A program made the position numbers and the translations under genes. This document shows positions 7,981 through 17,995 of a stretch of DNA of 64,000 bases, in pieces; within the stretch, counting starts at the first letter, position 1; every line of letters starts with the position of its first letter. The stretch lies in NCBI GenBank assembly GCA_963707985.1, contig CAVPRW010000032.1, positions 1 through 64,000 of the forward strand, in the 5' to 3' direction. Below the pieces are notes generated by a model, which had not been told where the DNA came from, ran no database searches, and worked only from the letters and a program-made list of their open reading frames with translations. Source of the stretch: an uncultured Nitrospinota bacterium (lineage in GTDB: Bacteria > Tectomicrobia > Entotheonellia > J063 > CAVPRW01).

Positions 7981-8054
7981 GCCGAACGCTTGATTAGATG
8001 GAATTTTTTCCACCTAACCTTCCCCGTGATAGGCGCGGAAATGTCCATCTAATC
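7981..8054 (-). other. Putative attI site
   Basis: Minus strand GTTCGGC (7981-7987), complementary to the R'' of cassette 1, located between intI and the array; not part of an attC-type hairpin; adjacent repeated TTAGATGGAA motifs. Confidence 0.65.
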
Positions 8055-8273
8055 TCCCCTACGAGCAGTATATGCCGCCAATTTTCCGCATAGTACCACG
8101 AATCCTGCCTTTTTACCTCAAGCGTTTAGATGGAATCGCCGAGGGAAAGACATGGACGCTCGTCTGCCATGATTCATCGGGTATAGGTCGCTGGGGCATT
8201 TTGCCTCATCGTATTTGCTGCCCCAAGGCGCGAGCTCGGTTGCTGTAGACTTCAGTCGTGTGAGGTGTCAACC

Positions 8274-9236
8274 ATGGAACAACGTCCTAAAAAGCTTCTT
8301 GACCAAGTGCGCGATGCCATCAGGCTTAAGCACTACTCGATACGCACGGAGGAATCCTATATCACCTGGATTAGGCGCTACATTCTCTTCCATCATAAGC
8401 GACATCCCAATGACATGGGCAGCGCAGAAATCGAGGTATTTCTGACACACTTGGCCGTCGATCAGAAGGTGGCGGCGTCGACCCAAAATCAGGCGCTCAG
8501 CGCCTTGCTCTTTCTGTATCGCGACGTGCTCAAATCGTCGCTCGACCTCCCCATTGATGCCATGCGTGCCAAAAGGCCTAAACGCTTGCCCACGGTCTTG
8601 ACCAAGGAGGAAACTCTCAAAGCCATTGAGCGTCTCGCTGGAACGCAGCGACTCATGGCGAAGCTGCTGTATGGTGGCGGGTTAAGGCTGATGGAATGTC
8701 TGCGACTGCGCGTCAAAGACCTCGACTTTGCCCAACGTCAGATCATCGTGCGCGATGGCAAAGGCATGGAGGATCGGGTCACTATGCTGCCTGAAAGCCT
8801 GATCATACCGCTCCAAGAACATTTATCGCACGTCAAGCGCATACATGCGCAAGATGTCGCTCAAGGGGTTGGCCCGGTTTATTTGCCGTTCGCGCTGGAA
8901 CGCAAGTATCCGCATGCCGGCCGACTCTGGATCTGGCAATATGTCTTCCCCTCAGACCGGTTGTCAAAAGACCCGCGCACCGGGATCACCCGTCGTCATC
9001 ATGCGAGTGAGAGTGCTTTGCAAAAGGCTGTGAGTCAAGCAGGGCGTGCGGTAGGTCTCAACAAGCGCATCAGCTGCCATACCTTCCGCCACAGTTTTGC
9101 CACGCATCTGCTGCAACAGGGCTACGACATCAGGACGGTCCAGGAGCTCCTCGGGCACAAAGATGTGAAAACCACTATGGTGTATACGCATGTGCTGAAT
9201 CGAGGCGGGCTGGCCGTGCGCAGTCCGCTGGATTAA
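8274..9236 (+). CDS. intI: Integron integrase
   Basis: [35 protein letters not shown]; integron-specific insert [12 protein letters not shown]...[44 protein letters not shown]. Confidence 0.97.
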   Translation: MEQRPKKLLDQVRDAIRLKHYSIRTEESYITWIRRYILFHHKRHPNDMGSAEIEVFLTHLAVDQKVAASTQNQALSALLFLYRDVLKSSLDLPIDAMRAKRPKRLPTVLTKEETLKAIERLAGTQRLMAKLLYGGGLRLMECLRLRVKDLDFAQRQIIVRDGKGMEDRVTMLPESLIIPLQEHLSHVKRIHAQDVAQGVGPVYLPFALERKYPHAGRLWIWQYVFPSDRLSKDPRTGITRRHHASESALQKAVSQAGRAVGLNKRISCHTFRHSFATHLLQQGYDIRTVQELLGHKDVKTTMVYTHVLNRGGLAVRSPLD

Positions 9237-9373
9237 AGGTCTGGGGCGTAACTCCCATACGCTGCACGACTGGGGTATAATCCTGACCCAGCTCGCCCCT
9301 AGACGTCGTTGTGGTCGGCGCGGAGCGAGATTGAATGTCAGGTCGGAAGCGTTCACCAGGAAGGGGGCAGGGT

Positions 9374-10864
9374 ATGGGGTTCGACACCACTACAGCGCTG
9401 GGTGCCATGACCGGGGCACGCTATATCGAGAGTCTCAAAGACGGCCGGGAAGTCTGGCTGGACGGCGAGAAGGTCCAAGATGTTCCCACCCACCCAGCCT
9501 TTACCGGAATGGTCCATGAACTGGCCCGCATCTACGACCTCCAACACACCGAGGCCTACCAGGATCAGATGACGTTTCTTTCGCCCGCGACGGGCCAACG
9601 CTGCAGCCTGTCCTGGCTGCTGCCCCGGTCGCACGAAGACCTGAAAAAGAAGCGCCGCAACAGCGAGATCTGGAACGAGCACTGTTGGGGGCAGCTCGGG
9701 CGTGGCCCCGATATCCTGGCCCCGTATATCATTACGCTGTACGACATTCGTGAGACCCTGAGTGCTGTGCGCCACCCCCGCTGTGACTTCGGGGAGAATG
9801 TGGTGAACTACTATCACTACTCTCTGGAGCACGACCTCTTCCTCACGCACGCCCTCGGCGACCCGCAGGTGGACCGCAGCCAACAACCTCAGAACGAACA
9901 ACGCACCATTCACGAAGAGGAACTGGTCCTACACGTCGTCGAGGAGACGGAAGCCGGGGTGATCGTGCACGGGGCTAAACAGTTAGCGACCGCCGCGCCT
10001 ATCTCACACGAGACCTACGTCTCCCTGTCGGCCACCTTCGTGCGGCGTGCCGACCCCAAATCCGTCCTGGCCTTCGCCATCCCCACCAACACCCCAGGCT
10101 TGAAAATTCTCTGTCGGGAGCCGGTCTCACAATGGGTGGGGAGCTATGGGCACCCTCTAGGCATGATTTATGACGAGCAGGACGCCATGCTCTTCTTCGA
10201 CCATGTGTTGGTGCCGTGGGAGCGAGTGTTTGCGCTATACGAGGCCTCGCTGATCCTGGAGCGCTATCAGAGCGGGGTGAACTTCATCGGCTGGGCCAAC
10301 CTCTGTCGCATCCATGAACGCATGCGCCTCATGACAGCCGTAGCCACGATGATCGCTGAGGCCATCGGGGTCATCGAGTACCGCGAAGTGGCGGCCAAGC
10401 TCGGAGAAATGGCTACCTATGCCGAGATGTGGCGGCACGCCATGGATGGCGTCGAGCATAACGCCTTTCCGACCAAGGGGGGGCTGATGTCCCTCGGCTC
10501 GATGTCCGGCATGAACATCTTCTTCGCACAGACGTCGGCGCGGATGGTCCAGCTGCTGCGTGAGATCGCCGGTTCAGGCCTGATCATGCAGCCCAGTGAG
10601 CGGGACCTGGCACATCCTGAGCTCCGGCCATATCTGGAAAAGTACATGCGCGGCAAGGATGTGGATGTGGAGTATAAGGCCCGGCTACTGCGGTTGGCCC
10701 ATGACCTGGCCGTGTCCTCCTTCGGGATGCGCCAGGAACTCTATGAGTACTGGCATGGCGGCGACCCGAACCGTAATCGCATCAATCTGCTGCATAGTTA
10801 CGACCAGCGCGATATCATCGAGCGCATCAAGATGTTGGTCGCAAAGCCCTTGGCACAGATATAG
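9374..10864 (+). CDS. 4-hydroxyphenylacetate 3-monooxygenase (HpaB/PvcC) family flavin-dependent oxygenase
   Basis: MTGARYIESLKDGREVWLDGEKVQDV..HPAF; DPQVDRS; GVIVHGAKQLAT; DEQDAMLFFDHVLVPWERVF. Confidence 0.88.
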   Translation: MGFDTTTALGAMTGARYIESLKDGREVWLDGEKVQDVPTHPAFTGMVHELARIYDLQHTEAYQDQMTFLSPATGQRCSLSWLLPRSHEDLKKKRRNSEIWNEHCWGQLGRGPDILAPYIITLYDIRETLSAVRHPRCDFGENVVNYYHYSLEHDLFLTHALGDPQVDRSQQPQNEQRTIHEEELVLHVVEETEAGVIVHGAKQLATAAPISHETYVSLSATFVRRADPKSVLAFAIPTNTPGLKILCREPVSQWVGSYGHPLGMIYDEQDAMLFFDHVLVPWERVFALYEASLILERYQSGVNFIGWANLCRIHERMRLMTAVATMIAEAIGVIEYREVAAKLGEMATYAEMWRHAMDGVEHNAFPTKGGLMSLGSMSGMNIFFAQTSARMVQLLREIAGSGLIMQPSERDLAHPELRPYLEKYMRGKDVDVEYKARLLRLAHDLAVSSFGMRQELYEYWHGGDPNRNRINLLHSYDQRDIIERIKMLVAKPLAQI

Positions 10865-11092
10865 CCATTTCAGGGGGGGTGAGTGGAGGAGACCGTTCGC
10901 CCCGCCGGAAACGCTCATTAGCGTCAACCTCATGCAAGTGATTTTGCTTGACATTTCAGCTATCTAGGAGTACAGACGAGGCAGTTGTGACTGGTGCGAA
11001 CAGCTCTTGAGCCGGGCGCCTGGCGGATACACCCACGCTGCTTGTGTCGTTGGATCTCAAAGGCCCCGGTCGTCGTCCTGAGGAGGGAACGC

Positions 11093-12637
11093 ATGAGGCC
11101 GTTGCGCTCGTGGGTTGTGTGGTTTGTCGTCGTTGCCGCCCTGATCATGGTCCTGACGCCACAGGCTGAGGCTCAGACTCGCGCCGCGGGAGAGCTGGTC
11201 TGGGCCTGGCATGTCACCATTGCACCTGCGTGGTTCGATCCGGGCGAAGTGCCGGCCCAGATCACGCCTTTTACAATCATTTATGCCATGCATGATGCGG
11301 TGGTCCGCGCGATGCCGGGGGAGCGCATGGGCAACAGCCTGGCGGAGTCCTGGAGCGAGAGTCCGGATGGGCTGATCTATGAGTTCAAGCTACGTCAGGG
11401 CCTGCGCTTTCACAATGGCGATCCCTGCACAGCCGAGGACGTGAAGTTCACCTTCGAGCGCTATAAAGGCGCGGGAGCCAGGGAGCTTAAAGACAAGGTC
11501 AAGCAGGTCGAAGCCGTCGATCCCACGACGGTGCGCTTCCATCTACAAGAGCCCTGGCCTGACTTCATGACGTTCTATGGTACCACGGCGACGGCCGCTG
11601 CCTGGGTGGTGCCCAAAACATACCTCGAAAAGGTGGGCGATGATGAGTACAAGAAACATCCCATCGGTATCGGTCCCTTCAAGTTTGTGAGTCACACGCC
11701 CGGAGTAGAACTGGTCCTGGAAGCCTATGAGGGCTACTGGCGTAAGGTGCCGCACCTGAAGCGCATCGTCATCAAGGGAGTGCCCGAGGCCTCCACTCGC
11801 CTGGCAATGCTCAAGCGTGGGGAGGCCGACATCGCCGTCGCTCTGCAGGGCGCGATCGCGGAGGAGGTGCAGCGGGATCCCAACCTCAAGCTCGTCGACA
11901 CGCGGCATCCGTCCATCTTTTGGCTGGAGTTTGCCGAGCAGTGGGAGCCGAAGTCGGTATGGGCCGACATTCGCCTGCGGCAAGCCGTCAATTATGCCCT
12001 CGATCGCGAAGCCATCAATCAGGCGGCATGCCTGGGCTTTTGTCCACCAGCAGGCGTCATCGTCCCCCGCCTGATGGACTATGCCCTCCAGGTCGAGCCG
12101 GCGCCGTATGATCCGGCGAAGGCCAAGCAATTGCTCGCCGAAGCCGGCTACCCGAATGGGCTGGACGCCGGGGATCTGGTGCCAATTCCTCCCTTCACGG
12201 ATGTCTCAGAGGCTGTCGTGAACTACTTGAACGCTGTCGGTATTCGCGTCAGGATGCGCACGATGGAACGTGCCGCCTTCCTGTCAGCCTGGCGCGAGAA
12301 GAAGCTACGCGGGGTGTTCATGACCGCTGTGGGGGCTTCAGGCAATGCTGCGACGCGGGCAGAGGCCTTCATGTATTCCAAGGGCACGTATGCCTATGGG
12401 GGGTATCCCGACATCGACGAGTTGTTCCTCCAGCAAGCGCGTGAGCGCGACCGTGCGAAGCGCGAGGGTATTCTGCACCAGATCCAACGTCTCACCATTG
12501 AGCGCGCGATGTTTGCCCCGATCATGGACCTGCGCGGCCTCCAGGGCGTTGGGCCACGCGTGGCTGAGCACACCATCAACTCGATTCCCTTGCACCCCGG
12601 CCCAGCGTTTGAGGACATACGACTCAAAGCGCCATAA
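11093..12637 (+). CDS. ABC transporter substrate-binding protein, family 5 (peptide/nickel)
   Basis: Signal peptide; SLAESWSESPDGLIYEFKLRQGLRFHNGDPCTAEDVKFTF; PIGIGPFKF. Confidence 0.9.
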   Translation: MRPLRSWVVWFVVVAALIMVLTPQAEAQTRAAGELVWAWHVTIAPAWFDPGEVPAQITPFTIIYAMHDAVVRAMPGERMGNSLAESWSESPDGLIYEFKLRQGLRFHNGDPCTAEDVKFTFERYKGAGARELKDKVKQVEAVDPTTVRFHLQEPWPDFMTFYGTTATAAAWVVPKTYLEKVGDDEYKKHPIGIGPFKFVSHTPGVELVLEAYEGYWRKVPHLKRIVIKGVPEASTRLAMLKRGEADIAVALQGAIAEEVQRDPNLKLVDTRHPSIFWLEFAEQWEPKSVWADIRLRQAVNYALDREAINQAACLGFCPPAGVIVPRLMDYALQVEPAPYDPAKAKQLLAEAGYPNGLDAGDLVPIPPFTDVSEAVVNYLNAVGIRVRMRTMERAAFLSAWREKKLRGVFMTAVGASGNAATRAEAFMYSKGTYAYGGYPDIDELFLQQARERDRAKREGILHQIQRLTIERAMFAPIMDLRGLQGVGPRVAEHTINSIPLHPGPAFEDIRLKAP

Positions 12638-12878
12638 CCGTAATGTACTTGACCTGCCCACGGTAGGACACGGCAAAGCCTTGAAGCTCACGACTTGACA
12701 TCGGTAGCAGGCTGGCATACCGTGCCGGTACGGTTTGGCAGGGTAGCTCTGGGAGTGACATGGGTGCATAGGGACGGTAGTCGCATGCAGTGTGTGTCCG
12801 GCAGCGCTTCCGAGGCTGCATATCACCGTGGATGAAAGAGATGTGAATGAACTGAGTGGATTCTGAAAGGAGGGTGCC

Positions 12879-14384
12879 ATGGGTTGGCTCGATCCAGAAG
12901 AACTTCGGCAATTATTGCCAGCCGAAACCGCGGCGTTTCCGTCGCCGATACCGACGCAATCGGTGTCCAGTGACGAATTCATGCCCGCCCCGCAGACGGC
13001 AAAGCAGCGTGAGTTTGAGACCCGCGTCAAGGCATACGGCGTCGCCCTGGCGCGCCGACAGGGCATGAGCCGGCGGGCGTTTTTCACGACTGCGGCGGGA
13101 ATGGCGGCGGCCTTCGTCGCCATGAATGACACCTATGGGAGGCTGTATACGGCGAGCCGCGCCGAAGCCAGTACGCCGGAGCTGGCCAACGAGCGCGCCA
13201 AGGAACTTGCTGACCAGTTCATCATGGATATGCATACTCATTTCCTGCGCGATGACACCCGTCTTGAGAACTTTGTGCGCGCGCGTGAGGCGGTTGGCAA
13301 GGCCGGCTGGAATCCTGGCTTGGCGGGAAAGCCCCAGACATTGGAGGACCTCAAGTTCGCCAACTACATCAAAGAAATTTTCCTCGACAGCGATACCAAG
13401 GTCGCTTGCATCAGTGGCGCACCTTCCGACCTGCCGGAGGACTGGTTCCTGACCAACGAGATGAAGGCCGCGGCACGCGCTAAGGTCAACCAGGAAGCCG
13501 GCACGCGCCGCATGTTATCCCACGCGATCTTCACACCGGGCCAGCCGGGATGGTTGGAGCAGGTCGACCAGGTGATCGAGGTGCTAAAGCCCGACTCGTT
13601 CAAGGGCTATACCATCGGTGACAACACCAACAAACATCTGAGTAAGTACCCCTGGCGCATGGATGACGAGAAAGTCGTGTATCCGTTTTATGAGCGCTGC
13701 GAGAAGGCCGGAATTGTCAATATTTGTGTGCACAAAGGGCTCTTCCCACCGTCGATCGAGCAGAAGTTTCCACACCTGTTGGCGCACTCCGATGTGCGAG
13801 ACGTGGGGAAGGCGGCCAAGGACTGGCCGCAGCTCAACTTCATCATCTATCACTCGGGCTATCGTTACGGCGGGGGCGGCGGACCACTGGAAGGGTGGGA
13901 GCATTTCGAGAAGACAGGCCGCGTCGAATGGGTCAGCGACCTGGCGGAGATTCCCGGCAAAAATGGGATCACTAATGTCTACGGCGACCTGGGGCAGATT
14001 TTCGCCCAGTCAACGATGTCCAACCCGCGGCTGTGCGCCGCCATGATGGGTATTCTGGTGCGTGGTCTCGGCGCCGATCACGTCTGTTGGGGGACAGATG
14101 CCATCTGGACAGGATCGCCGCAATGGCAGATCGAAGCTCTGCGCCGACTGGAGATCCCCGAGGACATGCAGAAGCAATACGGCTTTGAGCCGCTGGGGCC
14201 AGCTGATGGGCCAGTGAAGACGGCCATTTTGGGAGGGAACAACGCCCGCCTGTATAAATACCCGATGATGCAGAAGAGTGAGCTCGCCCACGACCGCTTT
14301 GCGCAACTCCGCGAGCAGTACGAGCAGGGAGGCGGAGGCCGCAGCAATCTCGCCTATGGCTATGTTCGCCGAAGGCTAGCCTAG
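12879..14384 (+). CDS. Amidohydrolase family protein (Amidohydro_2-like)
   Basis: IMDMHTHF metal motif, ICVHKG, IIYHSG, CWGTDAIW; internal SRRAFF Tat-like motif. Confidence 0.85.
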   Translation: MGWLDPEELRQLLPAETAAFPSPIPTQSVSSDEFMPAPQTAKQREFETRVKAYGVALARRQGMSRRAFFTTAAGMAAAFVAMNDTYGRLYTASRAEASTPELANERAKELADQFIMDMHTHFLRDDTRLENFVRAREAVGKAGWNPGLAGKPQTLEDLKFANYIKEIFLDSDTKVACISGAPSDLPEDWFLTNEMKAAARAKVNQEAGTRRMLSHAIFTPGQPGWLEQVDQVIEVLKPDSFKGYTIGDNTNKHLSKYPWRMDDEKVVYPFYERCEKAGIVNICVHKGLFPPSIEQKFPHLLAHSDVRDVGKAAKDWPQLNFIIYHSGYRYGGGGGPLEGWEHFEKTGRVEWVSDLAEIPGKNGITNVYGDLGQIFAQSTMSNPRLCAAMMGILVRGLGADHVCWGTDAIWTGSPQWQIEALRRLEIPEDMQKQYGFEPLGPADGPVKTAILGGNNARLYKYPMMQKSELAHDRFAQLREQYEQGGGGRSNLAYGYVRRRLA

Positions 14385-14416
14385 GCATCTGTTCAAAATC
14401 TCTCACACCCTTTATC

Positions 14417-14439
14417 TCCCTCTCCCGGAGGGAGAGGGA
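14417..14439. repeat. Palindromic REP-like/terminator hairpin between convergent genes
   Basis: TCCCTCTCCC-GGA-GGGAGAGGGA, perfect 10-bp stem. Confidence 0.55.
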
Positions 14440-14523
14440 AACGTCTTTGGACCTCGATTTCGGTGTCTGTCCCGATCACTGGGAAAGGCGACACCAGAAG
14501 CTTTGCAGAGCAGCGCGTGGCGC

Positions 14524-15039
14524 TTAGTTTGAGGACTCGAAGGCGAGGGTCGCATAGCGCATGAAGATGCCGCCACGCGGCTCGGCCAATGGTCCATTGA
14601 GCACGAGCACAGCGATCACGTGTTTACTCCCCGGCACGGCGCTGTTACTGATCTCCACCCGCTGTGAAGCGTTGAGGCCGACGATAACTCCCGTCGTCCG
14701 GTCAATCTGGCCGTTGACCCAGACTTCACCATAGTTGTCGATATTGGTTTCGAACCACACCCGTGAACCCGCCACGTCGACGCCGCTTACGTTTGGTGGA
14801 ATCTCCACGGTGATCCGATACCAGGCGAAGGTAAAGCCCTCGGAGCGGCTGGCGCGGACATTTGAGCAGACCTCCCAGCGCGAGTCGTCGTACTCCGCTA
14901 GGCGCGCCGGGCTGGCCTTGAGTTGAGCGGTCAGCCCTTCATTGGGCTCACCTGGCACTAGTCCTGGGCCCACCCTCCACTGTCCCTTAACCTTCTGACG
15001 GTCCTCAGCGGTGTTCAAGTCGAGCGCTAATCTGGGCAT
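14524..15039 (-). CDS. Hypothetical protein with galactose-binding/GH2 sugar-binding-like fold
   Basis: YDDSRW...FAWYRITVEIP...IDNYGEVWVNGQ...HVIAVLVLN pattern. Confidence 0.6.
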   Translation of the reverse strand: MPRLALDLNTAEDRQKVKGQWRVGPGLVPGEPNEGLTAQLKASPARLAEYDDSRWEVCSNVRASRSEGFTFAWYRITVEIPPNVSGVDVAGSRVWFETNIDNYGEVWVNGQIDRTTGVIVGLNASQRVEISNSAVPGSKHVIAVLVLNGPLAEPRGGIFMRYATLAFESSN

Positions 15040-15228
15040 ATCACCATCCCCCACAATCACCAAGTTGACAAGGCGATCTGCTGAGCGTCTACTGCACGAA
15101 GTCGGGATCGAGGGCGCCAGTGTAAGGTAGCCATCGCTAGGTGTCAATGGGTGCCTGCACACCAATGTTCCTGCCGACGACCTCGTGAGTCCGCAGGCGC
15201 CCGACAGCATATCGCACCAACCACCAGA

Positions 15229-16389
15229 TCAATTGCGCCGCGAGTAATAAGCATCGGTGGCTTGCTTAAGCCCGGAAACGGCATGCCCATGCAAAGCCTC
15301 TTTCCGTTCGCTCGCCCATTGGTTAGACGCCATGATCCCGCTGAGGCTCCCCTGGAAATGCGGCATGACATAGCGAGCAAACAGCTCATAGCTTCGTAGC
15401 CGCTTCTCCCGCTGAACGTAGTCGTCCACCCGAATCATGAAGCCGCCAAATCCACCGCTGGCCTCTTGCAAGCGCTCGATACCGGCGATGCAGTCCTCAG
15501 GGGTCCCGACGAGCCATTGGTTGTGCTCCACCATGAAGTCCACGATCTTATCCATGGGGACATCGGGGGTTGGATTTCCCAGGGTGCCAGCGAAATATTC
15601 CGTCACCTCGCGGCCACCACCCATGCGCACATTTTCAATGGCTTCTTGGCGGCTTTCCGCCAGATGGCAAGGCACCACCAGGCGCCAGTCCTCGCGGCGC
15701 AGGACTTTCCCATGTGAGGCCGCGGCCTCTTCACCGATGGCCCATAGCTCCTTCAAGCTGGTTTGCCGGACGGTTGCCCGCGGAATGCTCAGCGACAGCA
15801 CCGATGTCCCGTATTTTCCAGCTAGTTGGACGCCTGCTGGTGACTGTACCGATGCCACGGCGATGGGGGTGTAAGGCTGTTGATAGGGACGCAGTTGAAG
15901 AACGGCGTCATGCAGCTCGAACCAGTCGCTGGTATACGTCAAGGGTTCCGTGCTTTCGAACAGACGCACGATGATCCCCAGAGCTTCGTCCATCCTCTCG
16001 CGTTGCCGCTCAGCCGGGATGCCAAGCATGACGGCATCGGATGCCAGGGCACCAGGGCCGACGCCCAGGATGACCCGACCCCGGGTCAAGTGGTCCAAGA
16101 GCACCATGCGGTTGGCTACCATGAGCGGGTGGTGATAGGGCAAGCTGATCACCCCAGTCCCTAGCCGGATGTGCCGGGTGCGTTCAGCGGCGGTGGCGAG
16201 AAACAATTCAGGGGAGGCGATGGTTTCCCAACCGGCACTGTGGTGCTCACCGACATATGCTTCATCGAAGCCCAAGATATCCAGCCACTGAATGAGTTCC
16301 AGGTCCCGCTCCAGGGCCAAGGTCGGGTTTTCCCCAGGGCGATGGAAGGGGGCCATGAAGACTCCGAATTTCATTTTGGTCGACGCCAT
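15229..16389 (-). CDS. LLM-class flavin-dependent monooxygenase (limonene 1,2-monooxygenase-like)
   Basis: MKFGVFMAPFH.PGENPTLALERDLELI..LD.LGFDEAYVGEHHSAGWETIASPE. Confidence 0.88.
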   Translation of the reverse strand: MASTKMKFGVFMAPFHRPGENPTLALERDLELIQWLDILGFDEAYVGEHHSAGWETIASPELFLATAAERTRHIRLGTGVISLPYHHPLMVANRMVLLDHLTRGRVILGVGPGALASDAVMLGIPAERQRERMDEALGIIVRLFESTEPLTYTSDWFELHDAVLQLRPYQQPYTPIAVASVQSPAGVQLAGKYGTSVLSLSIPRATVRQTSLKELWAIGEEAAASHGKVLRREDWRLVVPCHLAESRQEAIENVRMGGGREVTEYFAGTLGNPTPDVPMDKIVDFMVEHNQWLVGTPEDCIAGIERLQEASGGFGGFMIRVDDYVQREKRLRSYELFARYVMPHFQGSLSGIMASNQWASERKEALHGHAVSGLKQATDAYYSRRN

Positions 16390-16675
16390 CCTGTGACACT
16401 CCTCTCTCTGCACGCGATGCGCAATGAAGTCTCAAATTCCACCATCTCGTGTGCGATCGGCCGCCATCACACTGGGCCAGTCGTATGGGGGCTGATACGT
16501 GCCCCATTGTACCATGGTTTGAACACCCTAGCGACCCAGAAGACTTATAGCGATCGTTGGACGGCTGTTTTTGCTTGACAGAGAGCTCCACCCGGAGTAG
16601 ACACGACCGGATATCCGGAAACGGTTGCACACACACTCGTCTGGACAGCACAAGTGATTTCATAAGGAGAGCAGT

Positions 16676-17026
16676 ATGAAAATTCATCACCTCTATACGG
16701 ATGAGAAAGGCGATTCGCATTTCGAGGATATGGAGATCGAGTACGTCGAGACGACGCCGGCCGGGCGTTTTACCAAGCGCTTGCCGACGACCGGCATCAT
16801 CTTTCGCGAAGTTCAGCCTACCTATGACCTGGACTGGCACAACGCCCCGCGCCGGCAGTATATCATCAATCTCGACAACGGCGTGCAAATCACCGCCAGC
16901 GATGGCGAAGCACGCACCATCGGTGCGGGTGAAGTCATCCTGGTCGAAGACACCACTGGCAAAGGCCACCTGAGTAAAGCTATTAACGAGCGCTTGCGCC
17001 ACTGCATCTTCGTGACGCTGGACTGA
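16676..17026 (+). CDS. Cupin-like small protein
   Basis: LYTDEKGDSHFED...DWHNAPRRQYII.L...VQITASDGE.R....GEVILVEDTTGKGH; AAGGAG RBS. Confidence 0.75.
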   Translation: MKIHHLYTDEKGDSHFEDMEIEYVETTPAGRFTKRLPTTGIIFREVQPTYDLDWHNAPRRQYIINLDNGVQITASDGEARTIGAGEVILVEDTTGKGHLSKAINERLRHCIFVTLD

Positions 17027-17223
17027 CTTCCTAATGGCTAGAGCTAACCAGCATGGTCAGCATTACGCAGATCACAGCGCGCCTGGCAGCACACCTCCTG
17101 TGGGGCGTTCGATCCGCCGGCGCTCGTTGATTGCCTAATCTCGCCCACCCCCTCTCTGTACTACACTAGCGGGCCTGCCGTGGTGTGGCGCACCCAGACG
17201 GGGTTTATCGTGGAAGTGGGGCT

Positions 17224-17239
17224 AGGCACGTCCCTTGCT
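17224..17239 (+). promoter_or_regulatory. Possible sigma54 (-24/-12) promoter
   Basis: AGGCACG-TCCC-TTGCT, GG-N10-GC spacing, in an intergenic region. Confidence 0.4.
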
Positions 17240-17447
17240 CTACCCTGGGAGTATCATGGCTCATGTGCGCTCACGAAAGCCATGATGCTGTGAGACTCCG
17301 GGCGCTGGCCACGGCGCCACGGCGCCACCGCCATAGCAGCTAGGCGTATGGCTGCAGGCGGGGCCTGCGGCCCACCATGGGTGGTGCGAGAGCGGTGGTC
17401 AACTCGACGGCGCTCCCCCCGGTCCACCCGAGTGCATACGCAGGGGG

Positions 17448-17930
17448 ATGAGTACGATGGACTTGAATGTGCTGCGACCGTGCCAATACGTGCGCTGGAC
17501 CCTAGCCCTGGAGTTACCTCACTTCAGCGGAGCCAACTGGCGTTGGATGATGATCGCGGGATGGATGTTCAGCGCTTCGATGATCCTCCTGGTGACCGTT
17601 GGCGCGATGCCCAGTGACGAGGGAGAGATCGTCCTGGATGCTTCTCGACAGGGGATCGTCCAGGCGCACCCCGAGTGGCCGCCGGATATGCGTGCGGCGC
17701 TGCTGGCTGGGATCATTTGTGCGGGGATGCCAGCGGACATGGTGCGGGTAGCATGGGGTTCTCCTACATATATGTCCGGTAGCGATGGGCCAGGCCGGCC
17801 GGTGACCTGGTTCTACGCAGGACGTCCAAGTGCGGTAGAACGCTTGGCTGGTCGGGGTCTATATGATGCCGGCAGCAGCGAGTGGACGGTGTCGTTCATC
17901 GATGGGCAGGTGGTGGCGTGGACCGATTAA
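17448..17930 (+). CDS. Hypothetical protein with one TM segment
   Basis: ORF with a hydrophobic segment and ICAGM..DMV..AWGSP motif (SmpA/BamE-like loop, weak). Confidence 0.55.
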   Translation: MSTMDLNVLRPCQYVRWTLALELPHFSGANWRWMMIAGWMFSASMILLVTVGAMPSDEGEIVLDASRQGIVQAHPEWPPDMRAALLAGIICAGMPADMVRVAWGSPTYMSGSDGPGRPVTWFYAGRPSAVERLAGRGLYDAGSSEWTVSFIDGQVVAWTD

Positions 17931-17995
17931 CGGCCTCTCAGACTCCTTCCACCTGACCCCACACATTACGTCGACGAGAGGAGGAAGATCGCTCG

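Noticed and set aside
8243..8258. Possible LexA box upstream of intI (CTGTAGACTTCAG)
   Set aside because: The spacing does not fit CTGT-N8-ACAG, and the LexA motif of this lineage is unknown to me.
12694..12707. CTTGACATCGGTAG matches the reconstructed intron target (CTTGACATCGGAAG) at 13/14
   Set aside because: No IS sequence or full IR around it. The match is short, includes a generic -35 hexamer and is plausible by chance.
17309..17332. Short tandem CCACGGCG repeats
   Set aside because: Only 2-3 degenerate units in GC-rich intergenic DNA; no evidence of function.
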